Assembly (NCBI GenBank): GCA_963674965.2
Contig: CAXXFL010000005.1
Location: 288,001 to 352,000 of the forward strand
DNA length: 64,000 nucleotides
Direction: 5' to 3'
Origin: a bacterium
GTDB taxonomy: Bacteria > RBG-13-61-14 > DATKZS01
The number at the start of each line of letters is the position of its first letter. Position 1 is the stretch's first letter. The notes under the pieces were generated by a model. The model did not search any database. It had not been told where the DNA came from and saw nothing but the letters and a program-made list of their open reading frames with translations. This document shows, piece by piece, positions 58,037 to 64,000 of the stretch. The position numbers were made by a program, and so were the translations under genes.

Positions 58037-58705
58037 TCAGGCGGCCGCGGGCGCTTTTCTTTTCTTCTTCTTGGCGGCCCTTATTACCACCACGCCGTTC
58101 TTGTGGCCGGGCACCGCGCCAATAATAAGGATCAGTCCCTCCTCGGGCCGGACCTCGGCTATCTTGAGGTTCTGGACCGTGACCCGCTCGTTTCCCATCT
58201 GGCCCGCCATCTTCATGCCCTTGAACACCCGGCTGGGGCTGGCGCATTGTCCTATCGAGCCGCCGTGGCGCTTATACTCGTGAGCGCCGTGGGTGGCCTT
58301 GTAGCCCGAGAAGTTATGCCGCTTGATCACGCCCTGGTAGCCCTTGCCGATGCTGGTCCCGATGGCGTCCACGAAGTCGCCCGACTCGAAACCAACGTCT
58401 CCCACCGAGATGGTCTGGCCAAGGCTGTACTCGGAAAGCTCATCCGCCTCGACCCGAAACTCCCGGAGAACGCGCTTGGGCGCCGTGTTCGCCTTCTTGG
58501 CGTGGCCAAGCTCCGACTTCTTCGCCCGCTGGAGCTTCTTCTCCCCGTACCCGACCTGCACCGCGGCGTACTTGTCTTTTTCCAGCGTCTTGAGCTGGGT
58601 CACCGTCATGGGACCGGCCTCAATCACCGTCACGGGAATCAGCCGGCCGTTTTCGTCGAATATACTGGTCATACCCAGTTTTTTACCCATTATCGAGCGT
58701 AACAC
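58037..58705 (-). CDS. rplC: 50S ribosomal protein L3, stand-alone copy
   Basis: GKKLGMT, IPVTVIEAGP, VDAIGTSIGKGYQGVIKRHNF, GSIG, RVFKGMKMAGQMG, VTVQNL, GAVPG; AGGAG RBS before GTG. Confidence 0.97.
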   Translation of the reverse strand: MLRSIMGKKLGMTSIFDENGRLIPVTVIEAGPMTVTQLKTLEKDKYAAVQVGYGEKKLQRAKKSELGHAKKANTAPKRVLREFRVEADELSEYSLGQTISVGDVGFESGDFVDAIGTSIGKGYQGVIKRHNFSGYKATHGAHEYKRHGGSIGQCASPSRVFKGMKMAGQMGNERVTVQNLKIAEVRPEEGLILIIGAVPGHKNGVVVIRAAKKKKRKAPAAA

Positions 58706-59859
58706 TTTTCTGGCTCCTTTTTTCTATTAATGCCGATCAGGCTAAGATTATCTATTATAAGGGCTTCCCCGGAAGAGTCAAATGGGGCGACGTGCACCGG
58801 TTTTTTCGACGTTCGAGCGGCGCCGAGGCAAGCGAGGTCGATTTCGAGCGGAGAACTCACCTCCACGAGGCAAAGGGCCAGGGCCTGACGGCGGGAGTCG
58901 CCCTGCCCGCGGCCAGATGCAAGGGGGCCAGGGCTACATGATGGAGCGCGAGGTCCAGAGGTCCCGGCGGGACCGGCGCGGGCGGGACCTCTAAGATACA
59001 AAAGGAGATCGTCAGCAAGCTGCTCGGGCTCTGAGCCGAGGCCCCGGCCTTGTCCTCCCGGACAAGGGACCACCGGCAGGCCGTCCCGCCTCCACGAAAG
59101 GGGAGGCCGCCGGGACGCGCCAGCCGCCAGGGGGCCGAGCCGGGGGACCCAAAACAAAGGAGCCGGGGACTCGGCGGCGTCCGCGTCTTCTCCTTTAAGG
59201 AAAGAGTCCAAAAACTCCTGGCCGGAGTGAAGCTCGAAAACGAGGGACATGTAAAAGCGCGCCGGGTCGCCGCCGCCGTTCTCGCTCGCCGCCCGGACCG
59301 CCTCCGCCAGGCGGCCGGCCCCGAAGCGGGAAGCCATCTCGGACGCCTCGGTCTCGCTCACTCCCATCTCGAGAAGCTCCCCGATCGTCTCGTCCGGGAC
59401 CTCCTCCAGCGTGTCGCGCCTTTGGTACAATAAAGTCTCGAGCAACTCGATAAAATCATCTTCCGAATCGAGGGCGCCCTCTTCCGAATCGGCGCCGGGC
59501 GCGAGGCCGGGATCGTCCGTCCACCCGGCCATACCGGTCTCGCGATCGGTCTCGGACCCGGTCTCGAGAGGGCGGGCGCGGGCGACCATGATCCTGCCCG
59601 ACCGGAGCTCGGAGAGATTGATAAGGCCATGATCGCCAAGGACGCGGGCCACGCGCTTGAACTTCACCGTCGATAGGCCGCACCTTCTCGCCCACTCGCC
59701 CGCGGGCAGGGTCAGGATCGAGTCCACTCCCCCGGCGCTCCTCGCCAGTATCTCGAGGACCATGAAATAAAGGCCGTAGCCCTCGAGGCCCCGCTCCTCC
59801 ATCACCGCCCTCATGGCCTCGCTCCGGCCCGCCTCCGCCTCATGCTTGAACCATCTCAT
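58690..59859 (-). CDS. DUF4373 (Lin1244/Lin1753-like) replication-initiator-like protein; distal third of the ORF doubtful
   Basis: MRWFKH...MEERGLEGYGLYFMVLEILA, winged-helix-like segment, later ELLEMGVSETEA...GDPARFY; GGAGG RBS; low-complexity tail runs over the rplC promoter. Confidence 0.6.
   Translation of the reverse strand: MRWFKHEAEAGRSEAMRAVMEERGLEGYGLYFMVLEILARSAGGVDSILTLPAGEWARRCGLSTVKFKRVARVLGDHGLINLSELRSGRIMVARARPLETGSETDRETGMAGWTDDPGLAPGADSEEGALDSEDDFIELLETLLYQRRDTLEEVPDETIGELLEMGVSETEASEMASRFGAGRLAEAVRAASENGGGDPARFYMSLVFELHSGQEFLDSFLKGEDADAAESPAPLFWVPRLGPLAAGASRRPPLSWRRDGLPVVPCPGGQGRGLGSEPEQLADDLLLYLRGPARAGPAGTSGPRAPSCSPGPLASGRGQGDSRRQALALCLVEVSSPLEIDLACLGAARTSKKPVHVAPFDSSGEALIIDNLSLIGINRKKEPEKCYAR
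58754..58781 (-). promoter_or_regulatory. Near-consensus sigma70 promoter for rplC
   Basis: Minus strand TTGACT-N16-TATAAT about 50 bp upstream of the rplC start. Confidence 0.75.
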
Positions 59860-60119
59860 CGTCTCCTCCTTGCAATGTCCCTCTATATATGGCGAAACGG
59901 GCGCGTTTTTGTGGACCGCTACTTGACGAAAAGCGAATAATCAAGGCCCCGGCCCGTATGCAAAACGGGATTCATCAAATATTCCAAGAGGTAAGAGCGG
60001 CGGCGAAAAAAATTGCCGCCCCCCGCCCGGCGAAATGAAATCGAGCGTGGGTTGACGGAAAAGGGGGCGTCCTCGGCGATAGCGTCTCGCATCTCATGGC
60101 AAAGAATCCGACCGGTTCC

Positions 60120-62148
60120 GGGTCGCCCACGCATTTTGCATGGGCGGCGAAGCCGCGGGTTGAGCGCCTCCGCCCTCGAGGTTTTTCCCGGCCCCACCGC
60201 TTCAAATAAAGCAAGGCGCGTGACTTTATCGCCGAGGCGACAAGCCCGTTCGCTGCGCTCACCCACGCAAAATGCGTGGGCGACCCAGAGATGAGGAGGC
60301 TGGAAGTTGTGCAACGACCTTCAAGCCTGGGTCGCCCATGCATCGTGCATGGGCGGCGAAGCCGCGGGTTGAGCGCCTCCGCCCTCGAGGTTTTTTCCGG
60401 CCCCACCGCTTCAAATAAAGCAAGGCGCGTGACTTTATCGCCGAGGCGACAAGCCCGTTCGCTGCGCTCACCCACGCAAAATGCGTGGGCGACCCGGGGA
60501 TGAGGAGGCTGGGAGTTGTGCAACGACCTTCAAGCCTGGGTCGCCCATGCATCGTGCATGGGCGGCGAAGCCGCGGGTTGAGCGCCTCCGCCCTCGAGGT
60601 TTTTTCCGGCCCCACCGCTTCAAATAAAGCAAGGCGCGTGACTTTATCGCCGAGGCGACAAGCCCGTTCGCCGCGCTCACCCACGCAAAATGCGTGGGCG
60701 ACCCGGGGATGAGGAGGCTGGGAGTTGTGCAACGACCTTCAAGCCTGGGCCGCCCATGCATCGTGCATGGGCGGCGAAGCCGCGGGTTGAGCGCCTCCGC
60801 CCTCGAGGTTTTTCCCGGCCCCCGCCGCTTCAAATAAAACAAGGCGCGTGACTTTATCACCGAGGCGACAAGCCCGTTCGCTGCGCTCACCCACGCAAAA
60901 TGCGTGGGCGACCCGGAGATGAGGAGGCTGGAAGTTGTGCAACGACCTTCAAGCCTGGGTCGCCCATGCATCGTGCATGGGCGGCGAAGCCGCGGGTTGA
61001 GCGCCTCCGCCCTCGAGGTTTTTCCCGGCCCCACCGCTTCAAAAAAAACAAGGCGCGTGACTTTATCGCCGAGGCGACAAGCCCGTTCGCTGCGCTCACC
61101 CACGCAAAATGCGTGGGCGACCCGGAGATGAGGAGGCTGGGAGTTGTGCAACGACCTTCAAGCCTGGGTCGCCCATGCATGATGCATGGGCGGCGAAGCC
61201 GCGGGTTGAGCGCCTCCGCCCTCGAGGTTTTTTCCGGCCCCGCCGCTTCAAATAAAGCAAGGCGCGTGACTTTATCACCGAGGCGACAAGCCCGTTCGCC
61301 GCGCTCACCCACGCAAAATGCGTGGGCGACCCGGAGATGAGGAGGCTGGAAGTTGTGCAACGACCTTCAAGCCTGGGTCGCCCATGCATCGTGCATGGGC
61401 GGCGAAGCCGCGGGTTGAGCGCCTCCGCCCTCGAGGTTTTTCCCGGCCCCACCGCTTCAAAAAAAACAAGGCGCGTGACTTTATCGCCGAGGCGACAAGC
61501 CCGTTCGCCGCGCTCACCCACGCAAAATGCGTGGGCGACCCGGAGATGAGGAGGCTGGGAGTTGTGCAACGACCTTCAAGCCTGGGTCGCCCATGCATGA
61601 TGCATGGGCGGCGAAGCCGCGGGTTGAGCGCCTCCGCCCTCGAGGTTTTTTCCGGCCCCGCCGCTTCAAATAAAGCAAGGCGCGTGACTTTATCACCGAG
61701 GCGACAAGCCCGTTCGCCGCGCTCACCCACGCAAAATGCGTGGGCGACCCGGAGATGAGGAGGCTGGAAGTTGTGCAACGACCTTCAAGCCTGGGTCGCC
61801 CATGCATCGTGCATGGGCGGCGAAGCCGCGGGTTGAGCGCCTCCGCCCTCGAGGTTTTTCCCGGCCCCACCGCTTCAAAAAAAACAAGGCGCGTGACTTT
61901 ATCGCCGAGGCGACAAGCCCGTTCGCCGCGCTCACCCACGCAAAATGCGTGGGCGACCCGGAGATGAGGAGGCTGGGAGTTGTGCAACGACCTTCAAGCC
62001 TGGGTCGCCCATGCATGATGCATGGGCGGCGAAGCCGCGGGTTGAGCGCCTCCGCCCTCGAGATTTTTCTCGGCCCCACCGCTTCAAATAAAGCAAGGCG
62101 CGTGACTTTATCGCCGAGGCGACAAGCCCGTTCGCTGCGCTCACCCAC
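60120..62148. repeat. Tandem array of 209-bp palindrome-rich units (9 full + 1 partial), BIME/REPIN-like
   Basis: Unit starts at 60120, 60329, 60538, 60747, 60957, 61166, 61375, 61584, 61793, 62002; each unit holds an inverted pair of GGGTCGCCCAYGCA..TGCRTGGG palindromes. Confidence 0.97.
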
Positions 62149-62400
62149 CATGGTCAATAATTATTGTTACGAGGAACTCTTCCGTCGCTTGATCAATCGC
62201 GCTTCCAGGCACTTTGGCCAGGGCCTTACTTGCGAACTTTTGAAGGCCATTCACCATAACGGATACCGGTGTAATCACGTGACTTAGATGGCCCGGACGG
62301 TCTTGGACGAGGACAAGAAAGGCCGGGGTTTCGAGTCGGCCGGGGTATCGGTAAACCAAATTTTCCAGTAACCGATCGTATCGATATCGCAAGGAGAGAC

Positions 62401-62437
62401 GAAAACGGGCGTCGCTCCCGGTGGAGGCGACGCCCGT
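62401..62437 (-). terminator. Intrinsic terminator of the FN3 gene
   Basis: ACGGGCGTCGC (62405-62415)/GCGACGCCCGT (62427-62437) stem followed by a short T-run on the minus strand. Confidence 0.7.
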
Positions 62438-62463
62438 CGGTTATTGAATCCTATTGCCCGCGG

Positions 62464-64000
62464 CTACCTTCTCGCTTTTTTCTGGGTGTAGGTATGCACG
62501 CTGGCGGTGTTGGAGTAGCCCGAGCGGCTCGATCCGCTTATGGCCCTGACCCTGTAATAATAGGTGGTGGCGGGGGATAGTCCCTGATCGTGGAAGGAGG
62601 TCGATCCCTGGCCGGTGGTTCCTATCCTGACGAAGTTCGAGCCCGAGGTGCTCCTTTCAATCTGGAAGGCCGAGCCCCCGCCCGAGTTGTTGTACCACGA
62701 GAGCTGGGCCGAGTGCGACGAGGTCTGCCTGACGGAAAGGCCGGAGGGAGCGGACAAGGTCACGGCCGGGGCCTGGGTGGTGGCGTAGGCCACGTTCGAG
62801 TAATTGGACTCGCCCATCGAGTTATAGGCCTTCACGCGGTAGTAATAGGTCGTGTTGGTGTTGAGTCCGTTGTCCTGGTAGTTGGACCTGCCCGTCGAGT
62901 TCACCCGTGAGAAGCCGTAGCCGGAGTTGTTGCTGCGCTCGATGATAAATCCGGTCTCGTTTTTCGAGTTGTCCACCCAGTCCAGGTAGATGGAACCCGC
63001 CGAGGTGGCCCGGGCGGTCAGGCCCGCGGGCGCGTTGGGCCTGTCGCTTCCCGTGCTCGCCTTGACCACGCTCGAGTAGCCCGAGTCCCCGGCGGCGTTG
63101 CTGGCCTTGATCCGGTAGTAATAGGTGGTGGACTCGGTAAGGCCCTCGTCCGTATAGGAGGTCACGGCCGGTCCCACCGTGTCGATGAGGGTGAAGCCGC
63201 CCGTTTGCCTCGGGCTCCTCTCGATCTTGATTTGGCACTTGCCCATGCAGTTGTCGGTCCAGGCCAGCCTTATCGAGGTGACGGACTGGGCCGAGGCGGC
63301 CAGGCCCACGGGCGTGCTGGGGATGGCCTGGGCCATCGAGGCCACGGCCGTGTTGGAGGGCGGCGAGACGGACGGTCCCGAGTAGGCCAGCACCCGGTAG
63401 TAATAGGTGATGGAGGGAGCCACGTCCACGTCGTCGTACTTGGCGTCGCCCGCCCCCGAGGTGCCGATCTGGGTGAAGGGCCCCTCCGGGCTGGTGGCCC
63501 GCTCGACCTTGAAGCCGTACTGCCCGCTGGTGGCGTCGGTCCAGGTTAGACGCACCGAGGAGGGCGAGGAGATTTCGGCGGCCAGGCCGTAGGGGGCCGC
63601 GGGCGCCGTTCCCTGGGTGAGGGCCATGGCCGCGTTGGAATAGGGCGAGTCGCCCGCGGCGCCGTATGACCGAATCCGGTAGTAATAGGTTGTTCCCGGG
63701 CCAAGGCCCTGGTCGTCGAAATAGGTGAGGTTGGGTCCGGCCGAGCCGACCTGGACGTAATCCGTGTCCTGCTTGAGGCTCCTCTCGATCTTGAAGCCGC
63801 TCTCGTCGGCCGAGTTGTCCGTCCAGGTCAGGCGCGCCGAGAAATTGGAGGTGGCCTGGGCCGAGAGGTTGGTGGGGGCCGCGGGGGCCAGGCCGCCGGA
63901 GGAGGACATGCTGGTGGCGCCGGCCACGTTCGAGTAGGCGGAGTAGCCGTTCGAGTTGTAGGACCTTACCCGGTAGTAGTAGGTGGTGGAGGGCGAAAGT
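62464..64000 (-). CDS. Fibronectin type III repeat surface protein, 5' end outside the window
   Basis: Five complete repeats of the type APxxL..LxWxDNS..E.GFxIERS...L.P.TTYYYRV.A...S.YSN; the frame stays open upstream of 63927 (LSPSTTYYYRVRSYN). Confidence 0.92.
   Translation of the reverse strand, partial: LSPSTTYYYRVRSYNSNGYSAYSNVAGATSMSSSGGLAPAAPTNLSAQATSNFSARLTWTDNSADESGFKIERSLKQDTDYVQVGSAGPNLTYFDDQGLGPGTTYYYRIRSYGAAGDSPYSNAAMALTQGTAPAAPYGLAAEISSPSSVRLTWTDATSGQYGFKVERATSPEGPFTQIGTSGAGDAKYDDVDVAPSITYYYRVLAYSGPSVSPPSNTAVASMAQAIPSTPVGLAASAQSVTSIRLAWTDNCMGKCQIKIERSPRQTGGFTLIDTVGPAVTSYTDEGLTESTTYYYRIKASNAAGDSGYSSVVKASTGSDRPNAPAGLTARATSAGSIYLDWVDNSKNETGFIIERSNNSGYGFSRVNSTGRSNYQDNGLNTNTTYYYRVKAYNSMGESNYSNVAYATTQAPAVTLSAPSGLSVRQTSSHSAQLSWYNNSGGGSAFQIERSTSGSNFVRIGTTGQGSTSFHDQGLSPATTYYYRVRAISGSSRSGYSNTASVHTYTQKKARR

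Noticed and set aside
60120-62148. CRISPR or other guide-RNA array
   Set aside because: Units are near-identical along their whole 209 bp, there are no unique spacers, and no cas or effector gene is recognisable nearby.
59919-62287. Many repeated ORFs (MHNSQPPH..., MGDPEMRR...) in the track
   Set aside because: They are by-products of the 209-bp repeat: the frame shifts every unit, ORFs occur on both strands, and there are no protein motifs.
62141-62392. Possible RAYT/transposase remnant next to the array
   Set aside because: No HUH or WQ..Y.DH-type motif in the frames I read.

Overview
GC-rich bacterial chromosomal window. The gene content (FeFe-hydrogenase, radical SAM enzymes, ferredoxins, cNMP/TPR proteins) points to an anaerobe, plausibly deltaproteobacteria-like (inference). 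In order: (1) housekeeping and redox genes, including a histone-H1-like Lys/Ala protein; (2) an AT-rich two-gene ABC-ATPase + TOPRIM-like (DUF4276-type) islet that looks like an anti-phage module; (3) a DUF4178-DUF4178-small protein-DUF350-membrane spermidine synthase operon; (4) mfd, a Na+/alanine symporter and radical SAM genes; (5) a surface-polysaccharide locus (SLH-like protein, Wzc with an inserted domain, O-antigen ligase/Wzy, TPR protein, epimerase, flippase) carrying its own murB and murA; (6) a gluconokinase-like kinase + LarA pair; (7) a 186-bp MITE with 15-bp terminal inverted repeats and a TATC target duplication; (8) a hydCBA bifurcating-type [FeFe]-hydrogenase operon interleaved with hydG, hydE and a three-kinase phosphorelay that includes a hydrogenase-kinase fusion; (9) rpmH-rnpA-yidD-yidC-jag without flanking dnaA or mnmE; (10) a stand-alone rplC with its own promoter and terminator; (11) a replication-initiator-like (DUF4373-type) gene next to a ~2-kb array of about ten 209-bp palindrome-rich units; (12) a truncated fibronectin-III repeat protein. 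No tRNA, rRNA or CRISPR array was recognised. All family names come from motif recognition by eye, not from database searches.
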